Made by a program: the position numbers and the translations under genes
Notes under the pieces: generated by a model
What the model was told of the DNA's origin: nothing
What the model saw: only the letters and a program-made list of their open reading frames with translations
The model's database searches: none
Shown: one piece after another, positions 1 through 11,245 of the stretch
How the letters are laid out: the number at the start of each line of letters is the position of its first letter
How positions within the stretch are numbered: the first letter of the stretch is position 1
NCBI RefSeq assembly: GCF_046119375.1
Contig: NW_027362761.1
Span: 63,178,001 to 63,242,000, forward strand
Length of the DNA: 64,000 nucleotides
From: Phyllobates terribilis
Taxonomy: Eukaryota
Direction: 5' to 3'

Positions 1-469
1 GGGGTGATGAGCTGTGTTCGTTTGGCGCCAGACATAGCATTTGCCTTGGTGGACAAAAAGTTAAATTTTGGTCTCATCTGACCACAGCACCTTCCTCCAT
101 ACATTTGGGGGGGAGGGGGTCTTCCACATGTCTTTTGGCAAACTCCAAATGAGCCTTACAATTTGTGTGTGTAAGTTAAGGTTTTCTTCTGCCCACTCTT
201 CTATAAAGACCACCTCTATGAAGGTACGAGTCATTGTGGTCATATGGACAGATACTCCAGGCTCTGCTTGGGAACTCAAAAGCTCCTTCAGGGTTACCTT
301 TGGTCTTTGTGCTGCCTCTCTGATTAATGCCCTCCTTGCCCGGGCTGAGAGCTTTGGTGGGCGGCCCTCTCTTGGCAGGTTTGTTGTGGTACCATGTTCT
401 TTCCATTTGATAATGGATTTGATTGTGCTCTGGGGGATAATCAGAGATTGGGATTTTTTTCTTAACCCT
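1..469 (-). mobile_element. Tc1-like transposase fragment (decayed, cut by window edge)
   Basis: Minus-strand ORFs 61..279 (…KVLWSDETKI, first catalytic Asp motif) and 176..406 are frameshifted pieces of a Tc1 HTH/linker region. Confidence 0.8.
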
Positions 470-1023
470 TGATGTTACAGTGAGTTTTGGCCTTTATGCC
501 AAATCCCCCCGCTCCCCGTTTTTTATTGTTGCATTCCAGGAGCCATAACTTTATTTTATTTTTTTTATTCAGTGTTGACTAATTTCGATAATTTTTTTAC
601 AACAAATACAATAATTTGTTTGTGTCGCCATATTCTGACAAATTATATAATTTTCCTCCATTTTCGCTTCTTCTAAAAATGTCATTCCGAGACCTGATTA
701 AATTGCAGGTGTCTGTATATGCATGTCTCTCATAGTTGTAAGATTTGAACATTCATAAAAAAAGAGGAAAATCTATTAATGTCACTAGTAACGATTGTAT
801 CAAAACTATGAAGATAATCATAAATTGTAATACAACACAGTGTATTGGAGTATTCACAATGTAGCCTTCAATACAAAAGGGTGCACGAAGTGAAAATCAA
901 TGACCATCTTGCTCACATCCATAAAAGGGAATGAAAAAGCCTGTCCGAACTCTTGTAACATTTTATCAATGAAAGCCACGGGAGTAGTAGTTCCCTTAGG
1001 GTTAAAACTACTAAACAAGTTAA

Positions 1024-1685
1024 AGGGAATCTGTCACCACATTTGACCTATCTAACTATTAATATGGGCATATAGGTTAAAGACAGTTGAAATAAGTCCT
1101 CCCTGTATGTCTAATATCAGATGCCTTGTTGCAGAGAAATCATCTTTCATCACTTTATATAAATGACCTTCTAGGCTCTGAGGAGGACACTGCCTGGAAG
1201 ATAACTCTGCCTCCAGAGATTATTTTATATAAAGGAGGAGTTACCAGTGTGAGACAAGTAACTAACACAGAATAGGAGAAATGAAATTTGTCTTCTTGCA
1301 AACACATTTTTTGCAGCTCTCTATATTGCAATCCTGTCTGCCTATGAGCTGGAAGCTGAAGCTGAGAGGAACCTGCAGATGTGTCAGGTATAATCACACA
1401 CAGCTCTGCAATGAGATCAGGAGAGCAGAGAGCGGCCATTACATGTCTCACACTGATAACTCCTCCTACATATATAATAAGCTCTGAAGGCAGAGTCATC
1501 TTCCAGGCAGCATCCTCCCCATAGCCTCGAAGAAGTAATTTATATAAAGTGATAAACATGATTTATCCACAACACCGCATCTGATATGAGGTAGACAAGG
1601 AACAGGGATCACTCTCCTCAGCACTCTAAAACCTGTATGCCCATATTAATAGTTTGGATAGATCAAATGTGGTGACAGCTTCCCT
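1024..1685. mobile_element. T2/Kolobok-type MITE
   Basis: TTAA|AGGGAATCTGTCACCACATTTGA… and …TCAAATGTGGTGACAGCTTCCCT|TTAA. TTAA at 1020-1023 and 1686-1689; long imperfect TIRs. Confidence 0.8.
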
Positions 1686-1796
1686 TTAACAGACCAAAAA
1701 GGCATGGTGATTGGAGGAAAAGCCTTCTCTGACGTGAGGTGTGTTTGATTCCATCATTTGAGACATAATATCCATGAGATCTAAATTTGACATATA

Positions 1797-2687
1797 CCGT
1801 ACATAATTGTGTATAAGCCAACTTTTTCAGCACATTTTTTATGCTGAAAAAGTCCCCCTCAGCTTATACTTGAGTATATACTTATATTATAGTATATTCC
1901 GGCTGTGGAAGGGGGTGGGGGGTGTTGCGGCGGAGCAGTGCACAGGCAGTAGCCGGCTGATGGAGTTACCACGTGTGCCCGCTGCTTAAGAAAATGAATA
2001 TTAGCTCTTCTCCACACCCATGGTAGTTGAGAAGAGAGAATATTCATTTTCTTTAATAGCGCACACTCTCAGTCGAAACGCCAGCTTCCTGCTGCGGCTC
2101 AGCGATTCTCTGTGCCCGCTATAAGAGAGTATGAATATTCACTCCTCCCCACTCCCATGGGCGTGGAGAACAGTGAATATTAATTTTATTTACTAGTGGG
2201 CACACAGGATCGCTAAGCCGCAGCAGGAGCTGCAGCCGCTGCTGACACTGTGCGCTATTAGAGAAAATGAATATTCACTCCTCTCCACGCCCATAGTCCC
2301 GGCGTGGAGAGGAGTGAATATCCCCACAGCTCACCTCAGCGTCGGAGGGTGCATGGCAATGACGTCATGCACTGAGATCAGCTGCTGGCAGAACAGGATG
2401 CAGTGCTGGAGCAGAGAGAAGGAAGGTGAGTAGAAGTGCTTATTTTTTTCATGTGTGCAGTGATGGTGTGCCATGTATACCAGGATAGGTGGACCATGCA
2501 TACCAGGATGGGGGATGAGGGGTCCATGCATACCAGGAAGGGGGAGGAGGGGGAAATGTATACCAGAATGGGAAAATTTACAAGTAGCTGCTGCATTTCC
2601 CACCCTAGGCCTATACTCGAGTCAATAAGTTTTCCCAGTTTTTTGTGGTAAAATTAGGTGCCTCGGCTTATACTCTAGTATATACGG
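1797..2687. mobile_element. Tc1/mariner (Tc2-like, CCGTA termini) non-autonomous element with internal GAATATTCAC hairpin repeats
   Basis: TA|CCGTACATAATTGTGTATAAGCC… and …GGCTTATACTCTAGTATATACGG|TA; TA duplication. Internal GAATATTCAC…GTGAATATTC hairpins recur at ~26620-27120. Confidence 0.7.
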
Positions 2688-2776
2688 TAACTATAGTTAT
2701 TCTCTTTAACCACATGTTCAAATTGTACTCATCTTAACAGTGTGACAATTTTCTATTTATTCAAAAAAAAATTTTG

Positions 2777-3150
2777 AGGCCAGATTCATCAAGACCAGTG
2801 TTGTTGATGCCGGTCTTGATGAAGGGGCATGTTGGAATCAGACACTCCTAATTCATGAAGAAATGCACGCCTCTTCATGAATCTGAAGCATCTGACAAAC
2901 GGCGTGCACCTCTGTGCGCCACAGATTTCTGGAGTAGGGAATGCCACCACTTGTCATGAAATAGACAAGTTGTGGCATAACACCCTTGCCAAACCACATT
3001 CCGCCCATTTTGATTGACCTGGGAGAAAACGGTTGGGAAACCACAAAAAGTCAAAAATGTTGACCCTGACAAACCTGAGTGGCACATAAATTTTGTGACT
3101 TAAAACCTTTCACGCTAGAATTCTGGGGTGTAAGCTTTGATTAAATAGGG
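2777..3150. mobile_element. Degenerate MITE (GGCCAGATTCATCAAG…TTGATTAAATAGGGCC), probably Harbinger-type
   Basis: Imperfect terminal inverted repeats; a related degenerate copy is at ~47450-47810. Confidence 0.45.
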
Positions 3151-4629
3151 CCCATTGACTTTTATGGGTATTTCTACTGTATAATAACATTGAAAGTGAA
3201 TTGACACGATACATGAGTAATAATATCTTTTCTGCCCTCCTGAATTGTGCTTAAACATCACTTTGTATACCTATGATTTTTAGTATATTAATAGGCGCTT
3301 AATTGATGTTTTGCATGTTGGGATTATGCAATGAGTAAAAGCAATTTTGCTATTTTTTATATTTAGAAAAATGTTTTTATGAGGGTATTGAGTTTTGGAT
3401 CATGCTTGAATTTTACTATTCCTTACCAACCTGAATATGGTAGACTTGTTCAGAAAATGACCCTCAAAATTGTATTGAACTACCAGATTTCTAAAAGAAA
3501 AATGGTCTCTGTTGCCAACCAATCACAGCATATCTGCAAACTAAAATAATGCTATGACTTGGCCGTGTAATGGTTAAGTGTATGTTCAAAGGCACAGAGC
3601 TTTGTCGCCTGAACAACCATACAGACGCTTGTTCCAGGTCATTGCCTAGCGTAAAAATGCTTAGCAACTGAAGGTTCAGCGACCAGTCACTCCATTATTG
3701 CTGATAGCATGCTTTTTGCGGATCTCAAGATCATTGTTGGTTGGCAGTACAGCCACCTATGTAAATAGATGATGTGCTACTGACAATGTAAAGGATTTGC
3801 ATGAATAATGGTCCGTATGAATCCCCCATGCTTGTTGCTACAAATATATGTTAAACCAATGACAATCAACTTTCAAATATCATAGAGCAGTGCTTATTAC
3901 ATGGAATTTATTGGACTGGGTAAAAGGACATTTAATCTAGGATTTGAACCTTTTCTAAAATTACTGAGAAGAAGGAAGGGACCAATAACAGATTTACCAA
4001 GAAATTCCAACATGAGTAACCTAATTGGACCACGCACATATGGAAGGTTTAACACAATTGAGCCTCTGGAATAAATTTGTTTTATAAAGTTGGGAGAATT
4101 GAAATAATTGTTTAGCTAACAATCTAATTTTTTTATTTTCTAACCACACAAACTAGGACAGTTTTAAATCAAAAGTAAAATCATTCCATGAGGCGATGGG
4201 AGAAAATCTAGTTGTCAGTAAAAAGTGATGCATTGGCGACAATGCTCATGAAATTATCCAAACCTCTGAAATGGATCTAATAGAACAATACTGCTGTAAA
4301 CATTGAAATATAGTAATACATTAGTAACATAAAGCACACTTTAAAAGGAGTTTTCTGGGCTTACAGTAAATTTGTGCAATGACTATTACTCACCTGTCCA
4401 GCGCCAGAGCCAGGTCCTGCTCTCTTCTCCTATGAACACATCAGGTTTTCCAAGCAAATCAACAAACTCCTTTGATATCACCCAAGCCCTTTTAATCCCT
4501 TCACAACATATGATGTACATTTACATCATATGTTGTGTACTTGACTTTGATGCAGGCTCGCACATTGTGCCCGCATCTTTCCCAGCAGATGATAGCTGAT
4601 TTCACAAGCAATCAAACGATCACAGCTTT

Positions 4630-5411
4630 AAGTCCCCTAAGAAGACTATTAAATACAGTAAAAAAAATAATAAAAAAAATAATAATTTTTTCAAATTATG
4701 AAAAAAAAAACCCACAAAAGCTCATATCACCCCCTCCCGCCCCCCAAAAAAATAACATATTTGTTATCACGGCATTTGTAAAAAGTCTGATCAAAATATG
4801 AAATAGCTTAATCCGATCGATAAACGTTGTAACGAGAAAAAACATAAAAATGCCAGAACTACAGGGGTTTTTTTGCCGCCGCAACATAAAATGCGATCAG
4901 AACGTCATATCTATCCAAAATGGTATCAGTAAAAAGGTCAGCTCAGGGCGCAAAAAATAAGACCTCACACAGCCCCATAACAAATGACAATTGAAAGTGT
5001 TTTGGGTCTCGGAAAATGGCGACAAGCTATTTTTTTTAAAAAAAAATCCACTTTTTTTTTTCACCACTTAAGAAAAAAAACTATACATCTTTGATATCGG
5101 TGTAATCATACTGACCTGGAGAATCATATTGCCTGGTCAGTTTTGCCGTTTAGTTAACATGGTAAATGAACAGCCCCAAAACAAATTATGAAATTGCACT
5201 TTTTTTGCAATTCCAACGCACTTGGAATTTTTTTCCCGCTTTCCAATGCATCACATGATAAAATGAACGGTGTCATTCAAATGTACAACTTGCCCTGTAA
5301 GAAAAACCCTCATACAGTTATGTGGATGGAAAAATAAAAAAGTTATGGCTCTTGGAAAAAGGGGAGGAAAAACAAAACAAAAAATGGAAGCTTGCCCTTT
5401 CATAAAAGGGG
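4630..5411. mobile_element. piggyBac-like non-autonomous element, one end
   Basis: Ends in …AAAAGGGG|TTAA (5412-5415), the piggyBac-type terminus. Internal sequence resembles other AT-rich element fragments in the window. Confidence 0.55.
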
Positions 5412-5415
5412 TTAA

Positions 5416-5844
5416 CGGGAATCTGTCACCAGGTTCTTGCCATCTAATCTGAGAGCAGCATTATGTAGAGACAGAGATTCTGATTCCAGCGATGTGTCAC
5501 TTACTGTTCTGCTTGCTGCAGTTTTGATGCACTGTTTTATCAGCAGGAGATTATTAATAGAGGGCTAGAAAACCTGCTGCCAGGTAGTCAAGCATACTCT
5601 TGAGCTCTGTATAACCCCACCCCTGATTGGCAGCTTCCTGTGTACACAGTACATCAGTGGTGGGGTGGGGTTACACAGAGCTGAAGGGTCAGTGAACTGC
5701 TATGTCTGAAACAGATAAAACAGTGATTTTTTTCAAAATGACAGCATGCAGCCTAGTAAGTGATATATCGCTGGAATCAATGTCTCCACCCCTACATCAT
5801 GCTGCTCTCAGATGGGGTAGAAAAAACCTGATAACAGATTCCCC
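5416..5844. mobile_element. T2/Kolobok-type MITE (family also at 40579 and 51035)
   Basis: TTAA|CGGGAATCTGTCACCAGGTT… to …AACCTGATAACAGATTCCCC; internal sequence is shared with 40579-41018 and 51035-51482. Confidence 0.75.
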
Positions 5845-6860
5845 TTATGGCTGTCTCAGACAGCCATGTTTTGTCTCAGTATTAAATAAGATTTGCATTC
5901 AGTTGCATGTGTCCTAGCGTTTATCTCACCATCCATTACGCTCAGCTGGCTAATCATCTATTCAGCAAATTCTGGCTCGTTTACCAACCAACCAACTGCA
6001 TTTACTTCCTGGCTCAGAAGTGCAGTTAACCATTCTTCAGCTGTAAGCATAACAAACTATTCTCTGTTATACACTCTGTTGCAGCAGTGTTGTAGTGTGT
6101 CCTTTCTGCTAGAAAGTATCCAGTTTGCCTGTTCATCACTTCTGGCAGAGGTTAACCATTTGTTTGTCAAATGGCTATGTCTCTGACCATCTGTTTGCGG
6201 ACGGCACACAATGCTACCATTAACCATTTGTTTGATGCAAGTCCTGGACTGATTATACATGTGTAAATGTTACTGTGTAAATGCACACTCCTGGCCCTAA
6301 CTGTATTGGAGATTCCTTCTATGCCTGTCTGAATGCCATCCTACATACACTGCAGTCCTGATCATCACTGATCCACGTGCCATCCAGCAAGTCCTGCCAG
6401 TTGTGCCATAGTCTTCTCTCCATGTTGTTCACCCTGACCTATGGCTTAAGAGAATCTACCTCACCAGCTGAGCCCATAGCATACTCTATGTTGACTGCAG
6501 ATTGATGAAACCTGACAGTGTGCATTCCAAACACTGTCAGAATTCTGCTCAAATGCTAGATTGAGCGGGTAATCATGTTACTTATCTGCTTCACTCAATG
6601 TTCTATTGAGACAAGTAAATGAGATTCTAGTCGGCAAGACGTGACCATCAGTATGAAATTTGCACTCACGTGACCCCCCTGCTTAATCTTGAACTCTGAG
6701 GGGAATCCTGCAAGTGTACGTAATGCACAACGTCAGAGTATGCTAATCTGCAGTCAAATAGAGTGACTTCACAAATCTACCTCAAGCCCGGAAAACACCT
6801 TTAAATACTGTAATACACTATGTACATTTTTCCTATAGAAAATATAAAACCAAAAAGGGA

Positions 6861-7059
6861 CTAGAAGTAAATATGGCTCTTATACATACTTTTTACTTTA
6901 TATGCCTTGTCACAGAGATGGCATTTGTGAGGTCTGTCATCAGAGTGGTAGGCAATGTGGTCATGCAACTTCTTAAGAGTAGTCAGTTCCTTCCCACATT
7001 GGTCACATTGGTGAAACTTCTTGTCATGGTGGCTTGACTGGTGCAAAGACAGCTGACAA
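6861..7059 (-). CDS. ZBTB-type gene, last coding exon (C2H2 zinc fingers)
   Basis: Acceptor cttttaag| at 7060. Joining the phase-2 donor at 21331 gives CSFCDKQFNYS-CQLSLHQSSH, a complete C2H2 finger. Then CDQCGKELTTLKKLHDHIAYH, linker SDDRPHK, and CHLCDKAYKVKSMYKSHIYF-stop (TAG 6863-6861). Confidence 0.85.
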
Positions 7060-7458
7060 CTTAAAAGTGAGCAAGAAAAGAAACACTTTATAAAAGTTCA
7101 TAATGACAGAAATGTTGCTATACTAATTTCAGTATCATTATTTTATTCTACGGTTACCATCCAAACGTCATTCAGCAACCCAAGGTCAATTTTAATCAGT
7201 CTTGTTTTGAAGAAAAAGTCTAATCTCCAATAGAGCATTTATTTTAGTAGCTGTAGACTACTGTATATAGTACAATTAACTATTCAAAGCCAGATAATGC
7301 AACAAAGTCTGGCAGAGGGGAAGTAAACTCATGATAATTACAATGATGCACCCCATAATGCAGCAATCCAGGCATTTCTTGACTTCAGATTCCCTGAACT
7401 GACCCAACTTGACCTTAATTTTACTTTTCTCTCTGAACCACGCACCAGCTGTCTCTAA

Positions 7459-7872
7459 AGCCCCCGTCACACTAAGCGAGATCGCTGCTGAGTCACAAGT
7501 TTTGAGACGCAACAGCGACCCCAGTAGCGATCTCGCTACGTTTGACACTTAGCAGCAACCAGGCCCCTGCTGTGAGATCTCTGGTCGTTTTGGAATGGTC
7601 TGGACATTTCTTTGATCGTTGAGGCCCCGCTGGGTAGCATGTATCGGTGTGTTTGACACCTTACCAACGACCTTGTTGACGACCCAGACACAGAAACACA
7701 TAGGCGTGAATCGTTATACAGATGGTTACGGGTCGCCGCATCGTTGCTGCGTCGTTGGGAAGATCTGACTGTTTGACATCTCACCAGCGACCACATAGCG
7801 ACGCAGCAACGATTCCTGACAGGTCGTATCGTTGTCAGGATCGCTGTAGTGTCGCTTAGTGTGATGGGGCCT
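7459..7872. mobile_element. PIF/Harbinger-type palindromic MITE
   Basis: TAA|AGCCCCCGTCACACTAAGCGA…TCGCTTAGTGTGATGGGGCCT|TAA; 3-bp TAA duplication; same family as 30925-31550. Confidence 0.75.
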
Positions 7873-8557
7873 TAAGCCCCAGATGATATTTCTTAGTTAA
7901 TGAGTGGCATTGTGGGTGCCAGACACCACTGTCAGCTTTAGGCATATTGTTCTACCCCACAACTCCTGTTTCTACTCCTTGGAAGTCTGAATGTGTAGAT
8001 TAGGTCTTGCGAATCACAGGATACACATTGTCCTTAAAATCTTTGTTAGTTACTTTTAGAGGAATTTGACCAGATTCATACATGACACTATGGGAAATAC
8101 TACTGATCGACAGAATTAATAATTGGCTGATATTAAAGGAAAGCGGTTTGGTATTAAACTTACTTTAAACTTTTGTTTTGCATAGTTTAAAGAGATTGCG
8201 ATTACAGATCTAAGGTGCCCATACATTTAATTGAAACTGTTAGTCTTCCTGCCCTCCCCATAAATATGTCTAGAAGAACCAGGAGAGTAAAAAGGTGCAC
8301 TTCATATTTGCTGATCATTTAATAGCCTGTTTACACAGGCCGATTATGCTTTAGATGTGCACTGACCGATGTGTAATAGATCATTCAGTGAGCATGGATT
8401 GCCACTGTTCTTAGCAGCAGGATCCTATCTATACAGGAAGATATGCTGCCAAACACAATGATCTTTTGTGCAAACTAAAAGATCACTTAATGCAAATGGT
8501 TAGACTGCACGATTATCATGAACGAGTGCTCCTACAAGCTGTCATGACTCCCCTTAA

Positions 8558-9373
8558 AGGGAATCTTTCACCCCCTAGGACTTTTCAGACTGCTAATATG
8601 GGCATACAGGTGATAGAAATGTGAATCTATACTTACCTGTATGGCCCATATTAGCGGTCTGGTTTCTGTGTAGTCGCATTTTTATTAAATGATTTCTGCT
8701 AAGCGTGGCGTCCCCTGGACACCAAGAAATGCCCGCCTACTAGCCCTATTATCATACTTACCCCACCTCCCCTGCACATCACAGGGCCCTGTGACGTGCA
8801 GTTCCCGGCCAGATCCAGCAACTGCGCACAAGTTCCCTGCTCCACAAGGCTTTACGGACAGCAGGGAGAAGAGCGCTGTCCGTACAGAGGAAACAGCGCA
8901 GGATCCGGCCTGGGAATGCACTTCACAGGGCCCTGTGAAGCCCTTAGCAGAAAACATTTAACCCTCAACTGGTGAGGTGGAGTTTTTGTCACGCAACTGG
9001 TGATGTGGGGTTTACTATACCCCAGTGTTTAGAAATCTCTTATTTTTTACAGAAAATGCAAAGATCACGTTTGTTTTAACTGTTTTCTTATTGGCGATTG
9101 ATTACACATGAGTATAATTTTTGACACCCACAAATGGATGGAAGCTAGTGAGACACGTATCCTCATACCAGCATTTTTCAATGAATGGCAGCCGAACAAA
9201 AATTCTCTGGGGTGTGGCAAACCCCACCTCACCAGTTGAGGGTTAATAAAAATGCGATTACAGAGCAACCAGACCGCTAATATGGGTCATACAGGTAAGT
9301 ATAGATTCACATTTCTATCACCTGTATGCCCATATTAGAGGTCTGAAAAGTCCCAGGGGGTGACAGATTCCCT
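8558..9373. mobile_element. T2/Kolobok-type MITE with long TIRs
   Basis: TTAA|AGGGAATCTTTCACCCCC…GGGGGTGACAGATTCCCT|TTAA; arms are inverted-complementary over >100 bp. Confidence 0.85.
8962..9242. mobile_element. piggyBac-type MITE nested in the T2 MITE
   Basis: TTAA|CCCTCAACTGGTGAGGTGG…CCACCTCACCAGTTGAGGG|TTAA; perfect TIR and TTAA duplication (8958-8961, 9243-9246). Confidence 0.85.
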
Positions 9374-10090
9374 TTAAATGCCAGATCGAGTGCGATTTGC
9401 ACTGGCTATCACATGGAGACTAGATTCTCAACCGCTTCATTCAATGAATTGTGCTTTATAAATAAGACTTTAAATTGATATTCCCATCTCCAAGATCCTA
9501 TCCCAATAAAAAAAACAGGTGTAATATTTATATTAGCAAATACCTCCAATTAGAACTGTAGCATTAGTGAAAAAAAGAGTAATGTTCACCGGTACTGCAA
9601 GCTCTAGATAACAGCTACTTAGTAGGACACAGCGGGAAACACCCATCCACGGATCTTATAACACTCCCCAAGGCAGGTACAAAAGGAAAACACAGGTAGT
9701 GCGGCTCAGCTCATAGTGAGAACTATATTTGGTTTTGAGTGCCACTATTTTTTCTTAACTGGATTACAAAGTGCTGATCTTTTATTGAAGCATGAAATTG
9801 TTAAACCGGGCAGATGAAATCCCAGTCGGCCTACTATTTTTTTCTTACCTGCATTAGAAATGTAGTATAGTTCTCCTGATAACCTATGTTGCTTACACCA
9901 TGTGCAGGGCATTGCAGTAGCTTAGGTATCCATGGTTACGACCACTCATATAGTGACAGTTAGTTGCTAGTGGTCATACCCATGGATACCTACATTTCTA
10001 ATTGAAAGTATTTGCTAATATTATTATAATATTGGGATATGATTTTGGAGATGGGAATATGATTTTAAGCCCTTGCCAGATACCTCTGGC

Positions 10091-11122
10091 TGTAGCGTCG
10101 GCGTCCCTGCCTCCTGCTAGGCAGGGACGCTGTTCCCCTCACCTCTCCGCTCTGTGCCCGGCATCTTCCTCCCGCTCTGCTGGCAGCGCGCGCTGCTTCC
10201 CGGCCACGGTGCTTAGGGCGCGCGCGCTCCCCCTCTCTTAAAGGGGCCGCGCGCGCTGTCCTAAGGAGTCCCCGGCCAATGGCCGGAGGACTTCACCATA
10301 TATAAGGCACCTCCTCCAAAATGGAGGTGCTCGAGCAATGTTGTTGCAAAGCCTTCACTCTGCTTCAGCCCTCAGGTCCCGTTTCCAGTTACCTGCCAGT
10401 CACCTGCCAGATTCCTGCCTGTTACCTGCCTGTTACCTGCCTGTTACCTGCCTGTTACCTGCCAGTCACCTGCCAGTCACCTGCCAGTCACCTGCCAGAT
10501 ATCCGTTTACCTGCTTGCAAGCCTGCGGTCCGACGGTCTGCCTTCCGACACCTGTCAGTCTGTCTATGTAACAAGCCTGCCCGCTCACTTGGGAGCGCTA
10601 GTCTGCTACCTGCCTGCTAGTCTACCTGGAGGCTCCGCCGTCACTTGCCGTGACCACCTGCCTGTCCAGAGACTCTTGTCTGCTCACCTGGGAGCGCTCG
10701 TCTGCTACCTGCCTGCTAGTCTACCTGGAGGCTCCGCCGTCACTTGCCGTGACCACCTGCCTGTCCAGAGACTCTTGCCTGCTCACCTAGGAGCGCTCAC
10801 CTGCTACCTGCCTGCTAGCCTACCTGGAGGCTCTGCCGTCACTAGCCGTGACCACCTGCCTGTCCAGAGACTGTCCCTGTCACTTGCCGTGAGTACCCGT
10901 CCTTCTACCCAGAGACTGTCCCTGTCACTTGCCGTGACTACCTGCCCTTCTACCCAGAGACTGTCCCTGTCACTTGCCGTGACTACCTGCCCTTCTACCC
11001 AGAGACTGACCCTGTCACTTGCCGTGATTACCTGCCCGTCTTCCCTGGGAGCCACCCGCTTCCTTACAAGGACCGCCCCCTTGTATAGTTGCTCAGAGGT
11101 TCCGCCTCCCAGACCAGTTACA
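10091..11122 (+). mobile_element. Solo LTR with internal tandem repeats
   Basis: TGTAGCG…GTTACA termini; 5-bp TSD CTGGC (10086-10090, 11123-11127); TATA-like CCATATATAAGG ~10296; homologous to 53555-55053. Confidence 0.85.
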
Positions 11123-11245
11123 CTGGCTTTGGCCTAGGCCATGTTCACATCACATTATATCCTCATCAGTGCCTTTGTCAGGTCTGATGTCTTAAGCTCT
11201 GAAAAGTGGGATCTGCATGATTGCGCCGACAGGGCCACTGCCTTT

